Assembly (NCBI GenBank): GCA_963514005.1
Contig: CAUPSL010000303.1
Location: 124,001-188,000 of the forward strand
Length of the DNA stretch: 64,000 bases
Origin: Raja brachyura
Taxonomy: Eukaryota
Direction of reading: 5' to 3'
Below, one piece after another: positions 43,792 through 55,844 of this stretch (position 1 is its first letter; each line of letters opens with the position of its first letter). The translations under genes and the position numbers were made by a program. A model generated the notes under the pieces. That model made no database searches, had not been told where the DNA came from, and saw only the letters and a list, made by a program, of their open reading frames with translations.

Positions 43792-44125
43792 CAACCTGGG
43801 CTCCAGCCAGGAGGGCGGGCAGCAGCAGCAGCGGGCACAGCATGGTCGCCCCCGACTGTCCAGGTTGCGGTGAGTTTGCGAGTCCGGGGCGCATGCGAGG
43901 TTCACTCTGCTCCGCCCGCCCGCCTGCTTCACCCCGCATCCCACGCTGATTGGTCGGTGCCGTGACCGCGACCACTCACAGTCCTGCCCGCCCGTGAGTC
44001 ACCGGTCTCCGGGCAGAAGAGCCCCACGAACCTGGTGAAAAATAGCCTGCTGGGGTGAGTGGAGCGCGGCAGGTTAGCTCATGAAAGCGAAATCGTGAAG
44101 TGTGTGAGAGAGATGGGACCCACCC
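43792..44125 (-). promoter_or_regulatory. Promoter + leader exon cassette 10 (leader 43792-43843)
   Basis: 554 bp from cassette 9; synonymous GTC>GTT at the leader end; S-like variant CCAGGTT. Confidence 0.9.
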
Positions 44126-46440
44126 ACACAGACCATGACACAGACCCTGACACACAGACCCCGACACACAGATCCTGACCCCGACACACAGGCCCCGACA
44201 CACAGACCCCGACATTTAGACCCCCACACACAGACCCGCACACACAGACCCCGACACACAGACCCCCACACACAGACCCCCCACACACAGGCCCCGACAC
44301 ACAGACCCCGACACACAGACCCCGACACAAAGACCCCCACACACAGACCCTGACACACAGACCCCGACACACAGACCCCCACACACAGACCCCGACACAC
44401 AGACCCCCACACACAGACCCCCACACACAGACCCCGACACACAGACCCCCACACACAGACCCCGACACACAGACCCCGACATACACACACCCCGACACAC
44501 AGACCCTGCCACGCGGACCCCGACACACAGACCACGACACACAGACCCCGACACACAGACCACGACACACAGACCCCGACACACAGACACCGACACACAG
44601 ACCCCGACACACAGACCCTGACACATAGACCCCGACACACCCTGGCACAGAGTCTGACACACAGCGTCTGGCACGGGCCCTGAGACAGACCCTGACACAG
44701 ACGCTGATACAGACCCCGACACACAGAGCCAAACACACAGACCCCGACACACAGGCCCAGACATTCAGACGCCCACACACAGACCCGCACACACAGACCC
44801 CGACACACAGACCCCCACACACAGACCCCCCACACACAGACCCCGACACACAGACTCCGACACACAGACCCCGACACACAGACCCCGACACACAGACCCC
44901 GACACACAGATCCCGACACACAGACCCCCCCACACAGACCCGCACACACAGACCCCGCCACACAGACCCCCACACACAGACCCCCCACACACTGACCCCG
45001 ACACACAGACCCCGACACACAGACCCCCACACACACAGACCCCGACACACAGACCCCGACACACAGACCCCGACACACAGACCCCGACACACAGACCCCG
45101 ACACACAGACCCCGACACACAGACCCCGACACACAGACCCCGACACACAGACCCCGAAACACAGGCCCCGACACGCAGCCCGACACGCAGACCCCGACAC
45201 ACAGACCCCCACACACAGACCCCGAAACACAGACCCCGACACACAGACCCCGACACACAGACCCCGACACACAGACCCCCACACGCAGACCCCGACACAC
45301 AGACCCCGACACACAGACCCACCCACACAGACCCCGACACACAGACCCCGACACACAGACCCGGACACACAGACCCCGACACACAGACCCCGACACACAG
45401 ACCCCGACACACAAACCACGACACGCGGACCCCGACACACAGACCCCGACACACAGACCCCGACACACAGACCCCGACACACAGACCCCGACACACACAG
45501 ACCCTGCCACGCGGACCCCGACACACAGACCACGACACACAGACCCCGACACACAGACCACGACACACAGACCCCGACACACAGACCCCGACACACAGAC
45601 CCCGACACACAGACCCTGACACATAGACCCCGACACATCCTGGCACAGAGTCTGACACACAGCGTCTGGCACGGACCCTGAGACAGACCCTGACACAGAC
45701 GCTGATACAGACCCCGACACACAGAGCCAAACACACTGACCCCGACACACAGGCCCAGACATTCAGACGCCCACACACAGACCCGCACACACAGACCCCG
45801 ACACACAGACCCCCACACACAGACCCCCCACACACAGACCCCGACACACAGACTCCGACACACAGACCCCGACACACAGACCCCGACACACAGACCCCGA
45901 CACACAGATCCCGACACACAGACCCCCCCACACAGACCCGCACACACAGACCCCGCCACACAGACCCCCACACACAGACCCCCCACACACTGACCCCGAC
46001 ACACAGACCCCGACACACAGACCCCCACACACACAGACCCCGACACACAGACCCCGACACACAGACCCCGACACACAGACCCCGACACACAGACCCTGAC
46101 ACACAGACCCCGACACACAGACCCCCACACACAGACCCCCACACACAGACCCCGACACACAGACCCCGACACACAGACCCCGAAACACAGACCCCGACAC
46201 GCAGACCCCGACACGCAGACCACCACACACAGACCCCCACACACAGACCCCGACACACAGACCCCGACACACAGACCCCGACACACAGACCCCGACACAC
46301 AGACCCCCACACTCAGACCCCGACACACAGACCCACCCACACAGACCTCGACACACAGACCCCGACACACAGACCCCGACACACAGACCCCGACACACAG
46401 ACCCCGACACACAGACCCCGACACACAGACCCCGACACAC

Positions 46441-46774
46441 CGACCTGGTCTCCAGCCAAGAGGGCGGGCAGCAGCAGCAGCGGGCACAGCATGGTCGCCC
46501 CCGACTGTCCAGGTTGCGGTGAGTTTGCGAGTCCGGGGCGCATGCGAGGTTCACTCTGCTCCGCCCGCCCGCCTGCTTCACCCCGCATCCCACGCTGATT
46601 GGTCGGTGCCGTGACCGCGACCACTCACAGTCCTGCCCGCCCGTGAGTCACCGGTCTCCGGGCAGAAGAGCCCCACGAAGCTGGTGAAAAATAGCCTGCT
46701 GGGGAGAGTGGAGCGCGGCAGGTTAGCTCATGAAAGCGAAATCGTGAAGTGTGTGAGAGAGATGGGACCCACCC
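46441..46774 (-). promoter_or_regulatory. Promoter + leader exon cassette 11 (leader 46441-46492, AGDQ variant)
   Basis: A>D substitution near the predicted signal cleavage site. Confidence 0.9.
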
Positions 46775-46993
46775 ACACAGACCATGACACAGACCCTGAC
46801 ACACAGACCCCGACACACAGATCCTGACCCCGACACACAGGCCCCGACACACAGACCCCGACATTTAGACCCCCACACACAGACCCGCACACACAGACCC
46901 CGACACACAGACCCCCACACACAGACCCCCACACACAGACCCCCCACACACAGGCCCCGACACACAGACCCCGACACACAGACCCCGACACAC

Positions 46994-47327
46994 CGACCTG
47001 GGCTCCAGCCAGGAGGGCGGGCAGCAGCAGCAGCGGGCACAGCATGGTCGCCCCCGACTGTCCAGGTTGCGGTGAGTTTGCGAGTCCGGGGCGCATGCGA
47101 GGTTCACTCTGCTCCGCCCGCCCGCCTGCTTCACCCCGCATCCCACGCTGATTGGTCGGTGCCGTGACCGCGACCACTCACAGTCCTGCCCGCCCGTGAG
47201 TCACCGGTCTCCGGGCAGAAGAGCCCCACGAACCTGGTGAAAAATAGCCTGCTGGGGAGAGTGGAGCGCGGCAGGTTAGTTCATGAAAGCGAAATCGTGA
47301 AGTGCGTGAGAGAGATGGGACCCACCC
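46994..47327 (-). promoter_or_regulatory. Promoter + leader exon cassette 12, most upstream (leader 46994-47045)
   Basis: 553 bp from cassette 11; S-like variant CCAGGTT as in cassette 10. Confidence 0.9.
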
Positions 47328-50300
47328 ACACAGACCATGACACAGACCCTGACATACAGACCCCGACACACAGATCCTGACCCCGACACACAGGCCCCGA
47401 CACACAGACCCCGACATTTAGACCCCCACACACAGACCTGCACACACAGACCCCGACACACAGACCCCCACACACAGACCCCCCACACACAGGCCCCGAC
47501 ACACAGACCCCGACACACAGACCCCGACACACAGACCCCCACACACAGACCCTGACACACAGACCCCGACACACAGACCCCGACACACAGACCCCGACAC
47601 ACAGAGCCACACACACAGACCCCGACACACAGACCCCGACATTCAGACACCCACACACAGACCCGCACACACAGACCCCGACATACAGACCCCGACACAC
47701 AGACCCCGACACACAGACCCCCTCACACAGACCCCCACACACAGACCCCGACACACAGAGCCGCACACACAGACCCCCCACACACAGACCACGACACAAA
47801 GACCCCGACACACAGACCCCCACACACACAGACCCCGACACACAGACCCCGACACACAGACACCGACACACAGACCCCGGCACACAGACCCCGACACACA
47901 GACCCTGACACACAGACCCCGACACACAGACCCCCACACACAGACCCCGACACACAGACCCCGACACACAGAGCCAAACACACAGACCCCGACACACAGA
48001 CCCAGACATTCAGACGCCCACACACAGACCCGCACACACAGACCCCGACACACAGACCCCCACACACAGACCCCCCCACACACAGACCCCGACCCACAGA
48101 CTCCGACAGACAGACCCCGACACACAGACCCCGACACACAGACCCCGACACACAGACCCGCACACACAGACCCCGCCACACAGACCCCCACACACAGACC
48201 CCCCCACACACTGACCCCGACACACAGACCCCGACATACAGACCCCCACACACACAGACCCCGACACACAGACCCCGACACAGAGACCCCGACACACAGA
48301 CCCCGACACACAGATCCCGACACACAGACCCCGACACACAGACCCCGACACACAGACCCCCACACACAGACCCCGACACACAGACCCCGACACACAGACC
48401 CCGACACACAGACCCCGACACACAGACCCCGACACACAGACCCCGACACACAGACCACGACACACAGACCCCGACACACAGACCCCGACACACAGACCCA
48501 CCCACACAGACCCCGACACACAGACCCCGACACACAGACCCCGACACACAGACCCCGAAACACAGACCCCGACACGCAGACCCCGACACGCAGACCCCCA
48601 CACACAGACCCCCACACACAGACCCCGACACACAGACCCCGACACACAGACCCCGACACACAGACCCCGACACACAGACCCCCACACACAGACCCCGACA
48701 CACAGACACACCCACACAGACCTCGACACACAGATCCCGACACACAGACCCCGACACACAGACCCCGACACACAGACCCCGACACACAGACCCCGACACA
48801 CAGATCCCGACACACAGACCCCGACACACACAGACCCCGACACACAGACCCTGACACGCGGACCCCGACACACAGACCCCGACACACAGACCCCGACACA
48901 CAGACCCCGACACACACAGACCCCGACACACAGACGCTGCCACGCGGACCCCGACACACAGACCACGACACACAGACCCCGACACACAGACCACGACACA
49001 CAGACCCCGACACACAGACCCCGACACACAGACCCCGACACACAGACCCTGACACATAGACTCCGACACACACCCTGGCACAGAGTCTGACACACAGCGT
49101 CTGACACGGACCCTGAGACAGACCCTGACACAGACGCTGATACAGACCCCGACACACAGAGCCAAACACACAGACCCCGACACACAGGCCCAGACATTCA
49201 GACGCCCACACACAGACCCCCACACACAGACCCCCCACACACAGACCCCGACACACAGACTCCGACACACAGACCCCGACACACAGACCCCGACACACAG
49301 ACCCCGACACACAGACCCCGACACACAGACCCGCACACACAGACCCGCACACACAGACCCCGCCACACAAACCCCCACACACAGACCCCCCACACACTGA
49401 CCCCGACACACAGACCCCGACACACAGACCCTCACACACACAGACCCCAACACACAGACCCCGACACACAGACCCCGACACACAGACCCCGACACACAGA
49501 TCCCGACACACAGACCCTGACACACAGACCCCGACACACAGACCCCCACACACAGACCCCGACACACAGACCCCGACACACAGACCCCGACACACAGACC
49601 CCGACACACAGACCCCGACACACAGACCCCGACACACAGACCACGACACAGAGACCCCGACACACAGACCCACCCACACAGACCCCGACACACAGACCCC
49701 GACACACAGACCCCGACACACAGACCCCGAAACACAGACCCCGACACGCAGACCCCGACACGCAGACCCCGACACACAGACCCCCACACACAGACCCCGA
49801 CACACAGACCCCGACACACAGACCCCGACACACAGACTCCGACACACAGACCCCCACACACAGACCCCGACACACAGACCCACCCACACAGACCTCGACA
49901 CAGAGATCCCGACACACAGACCCCGACTCATAGACCCCGACACACAGACCCCGACACACAGACCCCGACACACAGACCCCGACACACAGACCCCGACACA
50001 CAGACCCCGACACACACAGACCCCGACACACAGACCCTGACACGCGGACCCCGACACACAGACCACGACACACAGACCCCGACACACAGACCACGACACA
50101 CAGACCCCGACACACAGACCCCGACACACAGACCCCGACACACACAGACCCCGACACACAGACCCTGCCACGCGGACCCCGACACACAGACCACGACACA
50201 CAGACCACGACACACAGACCAGGACACACAGACCCCGACACACAGACCCCGACACACAGACCCCGACACACAGACCCTGACACATAGACCCCGACACACA

Positions 50301-50803
50301 CCCTGGCACAGAGTCTGACACGGACCCTGAGACAGACCCTGACACAGACGCTGATACAGACCCCGACACACAGACCCCGACACACAGACCCTGACACACA
50401 GACCCTGACACATCGACCCCGACACACAGACCCCGACACACAGACCCTGACACACAGACCCTGACACACAGACCGTGGGGACTGATCTTGAGACACAGAC
50501 CCGGAGCAGCACAGAACCTGAAGGGCACAGGCCACGGAGACACAGGCCCGAGACACAGACCCTGTGGACAGATCCTGAGACACAGACGCTGAAACACAGA
50601 CCCTGCGAAACATATCATGACACACGGACCCTGACACACAGACCCTGACACACGGACCCTGACACACGGACCCAAACAGAGGAAACAAATTGCTGAAGCA
50701 AATTGACGGGTCGGGTGGCATCTGTGGGGGCGAGGGATGGTTCATGTTCCGGGTCGCGACCCTGCCTCGGGGGTTGAGGGCAGAGAGCAAGTACAACGAG
50801 GAT

Positions 50804-50972
50804 AGACACAAAAAGCTGGAGGAACTCAACGGCTCAGACAGCATCTGAAAAATGGTCTCGACCCGAAACGTCATCTATTCCTTCTCTCCAGAGACGCTGT
50901 CTGACCCGCTGAGCTACTGCAGTTTTTTGTTTCTATCTTCAGTTTAAAGCCGCATCTGCAGTTCCTTCCTAC
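50804..50972. mobile_element. Palindromic Penelope-derived short repeat with a degenerate hammerhead-like core
   Basis: Imperfect inverted arms (AGACACAAAAAGCTGGAGGAACTCA.../...TGAGCTACTGCAGTTTTTTGTTTCT) around CTGAAAAATGGTCTCGACCCGAAACGTC; related copies at ~54120, ~57935, ~60275 and ~61085. Confidence 0.6.
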
Positions 50973-51375
50973 GCTGTATAACGCGGGTATGGGGTGAGGT
51001 CGGTGCCGGCTGGTGACAGGAGGAACCGGGTGAGGAGGGACCGTATTCCTGGCCCTGTGACATGGGGCTGTGACTTGTTCCCTTTGTCCGGATCTGTTCC
51101 GGTCTGTATTCCCCACCCTGGGACACGGAGTTGTGATGTTCTCCGCCTCCCTCGTCCGTGGCCGTGAGGGTTCGGGCGGAGAGCCGGGCCGGAAAGCTCA
51201 CGATGGAGTGCACTGATCCGTGCCAGTCCGTGCTGAGGGCGGAGCTTGGGGGAAGCGGCTGCCGGCGGCCAGGGAGAGGTTGGACTGTGGATTGTGGACG
51301 GTGACCGGGGATTCCCGGGAGTGTAACAGCATCGTGCTGACACCAGCACTCTGCACCATGGTTTTATAATCCTCA

Positions 51376-51590
51376 GATTCATAGAGTCATGCAGCGTGAA
51401 AACAGGCCCTTTGGCCCAACTTGCCCACGCCGACCAACATGCCCCATCTACACTAATCTCACCTGCTGGAGTTTCGACCATATCCCTCTAACTCTGTCAT
51501 GTACATGTCCCTGCCTATATGTTTCTCATAAGTCATGATAGTACCTGCCCCAACTACCCCCTCCAGCAGCTCATTTTATGCACCACACTG
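51376..51590 (-). mobile_element. CR1-type LINE 3' end fragment
   Basis: Minus-strand tail GTTGGGCCAAAGGGCCTGTTTTCACGCTGCATGACTCTATGA. Confidence 0.7.
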
Positions 51591-51691
51591 TACAAGACCA
51601 GTCTCCTACACTCAGGACCTAGCCGATCCAGCCTCCCCCGATACGTGTGTGCCGAGGACGAGAAGCTGAATAGAAACGAAGCTGGAACGCC

Positions 51692-52823
51692 AAATAACGG
51701 AAAGCATACGAAGCCGAAACGCCAACATATCGAATGCATACGATACCGAAACACCAACGAACCGAAAGCATACGAAGCCGAAAGCAAACTCACCGAATGG
51801 CCGCTCTGCAGAAACGCCACCTAACCGAAAGGCTGCGTCGCCTACAAGGCAAAAAAATCGTCTGCCGTTGACAAATAATGGCTTGTGTGGGGAAATGACC
51901 CTCACCCTCCCGTCTCCACCGGCAGCCTTTCGGTTAGTAGGCTTATAGGCGTGAGGTATTGAGCACAGGAGTTGGGAAATCATGTTCATATGTGATAGGA
52001 GCGGAATCAGGCCACTCAGCCCATCAAGTCTACTCCGCCAATTAATCACAGCTGCTTGGTAAGGCCGTATTTGCAGAACTCTGTGCAATACCTGTCGCCC
52101 TGTGATTAAACTGGTAAAGGTGCAACAATGATACGTGGTCAGTAGGGTTTGAGCTATTGAGATGGTACCCGGACGCGGAGTCGATGGACGAGAAGCCGAA
52201 GCGAAGAATTGGAAACCAAATAACTGACTGGAAACGACGCCCAGACGACAAATAACCGAAGGCATTCAAAGTCGAAACGCCAACGAACCGAAAGCATACG
52301 AAGCCGAAACGCCAACGAACGGCCTACAAGCCAACAAACCGAAAGGCTGCGTGGCCTAAAACTCACCGAATGACCACTGTGCCGAAACGCCACCTATCCG
52401 AAAGGCTGCGTCGCCTAGAAGCCAACTAAATGAATGTCGCTCTGCCGAAAAGTCAAATAACGGACATGACGTCATCCGGGGGCGTGACTAGTCAGCGATT
52501 GTTCCAGACTCCCGCGTCCATCACATCACTGGCCGTAGGAGACGGGAGGGTGGTGTGTTCCCACACAAGCCATTATCGGCATCGTGGCATTCAGTTAGTT
52601 GGCTTGTAGGCCACGAAGCCTTTCGGTTAGGTGGCGTACCTTCAGAGTGTCTATTCGGCGAGTTTGCTTTCAGGAGACGCAGCATTTGGATTAGCTGGCT
52701 GTTCAGCCTCCCGCCCAGTCGGTTCGGCCGCGTTTCGGCTTCGTATGCTTTCGTTAGTTGGAGTTTCGGCTTCGTATGGTTTCGGTTCGTTGGCGTTTCG
52801 GCTTCATATGCTTTCCGTTATTT
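51692..52823. mobile_element. Foldback-like non-autonomous element built from AACCGAAAGCATACGAAGCCGAAACGCC subrepeats, with internal CR1 fragments (~51950-52145)
   Basis: 51692-51917 is an imperfect reverse complement of 52538-52823; a further direct copy lies at ~52185-52465. Confidence 0.6.
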
Positions 52824-53019
52824 TCCTGAATGCATATCCTGTGCATGAAGTCAGCGATTCGCGGATGTCCAAAAGCGACGAAGGAAAATAACCCCCCCCC
52901 GCCCCCCCCCCCCCCCCCCCCCCACACCCTCCCGTCTCCCCAGGCCAGAAGTTTATTTGACGAGGGGACTATCTATGGGGACGAGGGGAACGAAAAGAAG
53001 AACGTCTAGATGGTTATCT

Positions 53020-53580
53020 ATGGATTGCTTGCAGCACCTCGTGTTGGTGAGGGCAGGAACAGGGAGATAGGGGATCTGAATGTGTGGCTAAGGGGCTGGT
53101 GAAGGGAACTGGGATTTAGATTTATAGACCACTAGGATCTCTTCTGGGGTAGGGGGTGACCTGTACAAAAGTGACGAGTTACACCTTAACTGCAGGGGGA
53201 CCAACGTTCTGGCAGGCAGGTTTGCTAGGGCTACGCGTGCGGGTTTAAACTAAATAGTGGGGGAGGGGTTGACAAATTAGGAGTACAAAGATGCAGTTAA
53301 AGCAGAAATGAGTACAGGAAAAGTTACAAACGGCTCCCGAATGAATGGGAAGGAAGTTCATGAAGGGAGAATAGAGTAAGGTAATGGCCAACGGTGACCG
53401 GCGTGAGAGGGGAGGTGAATAACGAAGTTAAAGTGTTATATATTCAATGCGCGAAGTATAAGAAATAAAGTGGATGAGCTGGCGCTCAGTTAGAAATGGG
53501 CAAGTATGATGTTGTGGGAATTACAGAGACATAGCTGCAAGAGGTCCAGGGCTGGGAACTGAATATTCAAGGTTATACGT
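53020..53580 (+). mobile_element. CR1 LINE fragment: end of ORF1 esterase and start of ORF2 APE endonuclease, degenerate
   Basis: Translations such as DLFWG...LHLNCRGTNVLAGRF and NARSIRNKVDEL...YDVVGITET, with stops and frameshifts. Confidence 0.85.
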
Positions 53581-53759
53581 GTGACCATCGACCAGCCGCT
53601 GCCGTACCCGGGAATGGACATCTTGGTCAGGCCCAGGAGCAAACTGACAGTGAGATCCCAGCCTTCCACTCCCTACGTTGTGCCCAAATACCACGATTGT
53701 GAGATTAAAATGCAGCCAAAACTTGAGGAAGATTTGGTGCGAAACTGGTGCGACTTGGG

Positions 53760-53865
53760 TATGGGAGGGATGGAGAGAGAGCAAATGCAGGGGTTACTTG
53801 AAGTAGATAGATTCATATTCATACCACTGGGTTGTAAGCAGCAGCCCAGGCGAAATATGAGATGA
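53760..53865 (-). mobile_element. Penelope-like element 3' fragment (GIY-YIG C-terminus)
   Basis: Minus strand translates HLIFRLG..LQPSGMN. Confidence 0.65.
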
Positions 53866-55179
53866 CTGGGCTTTCAAGTTGATGAATGCGGTCGTGATGC
53901 AACACACCTGTCTAATACTAGATGCGTGGCGTGCAACAGATACCCTTCCCTTGTATCTTTGTCTTTCAATGTTTGTGTTTTCATCTCTGTCCTTTGTGCA
54001 ATCATCTACCAATCCAAACTACTGCGACTCTGTATCCACATGTCATTTGTCCTGCCTTGCCCCGTAACACGTCCCTTCCAGCTTCACCTCTCCCCCTCCC
54101 TTGCCCCCGCACCTACTGCTATGTCAAAAAAAAGGTCACGACCCTAAATGCCGCGTATTAATGTTCTCCAGATATGCTCGCTGATCCACTGAATTGCTCC
54201 AACGCAGTCTCTATTTCTGAATAATTTGCTTAATAGTGCATAGTTAAACATGCTCCATTTATCTCTTAACTGACTGAAAAGCAGAAATTACCCTACAAAA
54301 ATATAACATGGTGGTCACTTGCCATTTCAGCGAGCCAGTGGACGCTCTCGCGATTTACAAGAGCAGTACTATTGCCAGCTCGGATCAATAATGCATTGAG
54401 CACGACATAGCTATGACTAAATAAATACATTTTGACTCAATGTCCCAATTCAGATTTACAACATTTGTCATTCTACAGCAAAGTTGTTCGAGGTGAAAAA
54501 CAATTCCTATCTGAAATAGTGTAGTACTGTGTAAAATAAGTTAACGACGGACTGGCATAAACATCACCGGTTGACATCGAGTTAAGACGCCTAATAAAAT
54601 GTCTTGAATAAGGTATAATACATTTAGAGAATTCAAGTCCTGACTGTTAATTTATATCTATTCTACAGGATGCTCGTGAGACCGCACCTCGAGTATTGTG
54701 CGCAATTGTGGTCTCCGAATTTGAGGAAGCACATTATTGGTATTGTGGGAGTGCAGCGCAGGTTCACAGGGTAAATTCCCTCGATGGCGGGATTGACATA
54801 TAAAGAAAGAACGGATCGATAAGATGGGCTTATGTTTACTGGAATTTAGAAGTATGGGAGTGGATTCTATAGAAACAGTAGACTGAGTGGGACCCGTTGG
54901 GTCCCATGTTCACACGAGAGGGCTGATCGCCCGACGCAAAATTCCACATCTTCACCAATTCCAATATTGGTGGCCAGTGGAGGGGGTGGGGGGGGGGGGC
55001 TTTTTGGAGCGCTGGTATGCCGGCTGTTGGCTGCAGGAACAACTGGTCTCTAGAGGGCTAGTATAGACCTTGCGGGCCAAATGGATTCTTTGGGTGGCAG
55101 CTCAGTCCCTCAAGCATGATATGGTGGCAGCTCACTCACGGCTGGTGGGCTGGCAGTTGACTCACGGCTATTCCTTGAA

Positions 55180-55490
55180 ATTCCATTTCATGCAGAGTTC
55201 AAGGCCACCAAATTCAAATCCATTGTCCTACCATTTCAAGCAGGGTGCAAGGCCACCAAATTCAAGTGCAGTTTCTTACCCCTTCGAGCAGGGTGCAAAG
55301 CCACAGAATTCAAGTGCAGTTTCATACAATCTCAAGGAGGGTGCAAGGCCTCCAAATGCAAATGTAGTTTCATACCATTTCATGCAGGGTGCAACGACAC
55401 ATATTCAATTGCAGTTTCATACCATTTCATGCAGGGTGTAAGGCCACCATATGTAAATGCAGTTTCATACCATTTCACGCAGGTTAAAAC
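55180..55490. repeat. ~44-bp tandem repeat
   Basis: Unit approximately AATTCAAGTGCAGTTTCATACCATTTCAAGCAGGGTGCAAGGCCACC, about 7 diverged copies. Confidence 0.85.
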
Positions 55491-55844
55491 CACCATAAAA
55501 CCACCATAAACCACACACAACACTACACTCACAGTTCAGTAGACATTCAGTGTTTTCAATTGATTCACAGCTCAGACAGTCGTGACCTCTCCCTCCCCCA
55601 TCATGCATAGACAGAGCCACACCCACACTTCCGGGAAAGGTGTGGCCTTCATGGCGTGATTCACAGGAGAGAGATTCTCAACAGTATTTAAGCACAAATA
55701 ACACTTTTATTCTTCATTTATGGGAATATTCCTCTGCACCAGATGAGCGGATGGGGACTCAGAAAGATGGCCATAAATCACAACCGTAAGTGGTAGCGTT
55801 TTATCTAAAATCAATATAGTCCATAGGAAGTTGTCAAGTTTAGC

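Larger units (their letters stand above)
9281..50675. repeat. ~41 kb minisatellite of a 14-bp unit (GACCCCGACACACA), interrupted by 12 promoter/leader cassettes
   Basis: Directly visible tandem array, about 2,600-2,700 monomers by arithmetic; variant monomers recur in fixed order; degenerate at the 50400-50675 end. Confidence 0.99.

Noticed and set aside
10857-47327. CRISPR-like repeat-spacer array
   Set aside because: Eukaryotic context, 330-bp repeats, spacers are minisatellite rather than unique sequence, and there are no cas genes.
9123-50874. Dozens of long Cys/Val/Gly-rich (minus) and Thr/His/Pro-rich (plus) ORFs, up to 1725 aa
   Set aside because: The 14-bp unit has no stop codon in any frame, so all frames are open by construction; stops arise only from sporadic variant monomers.
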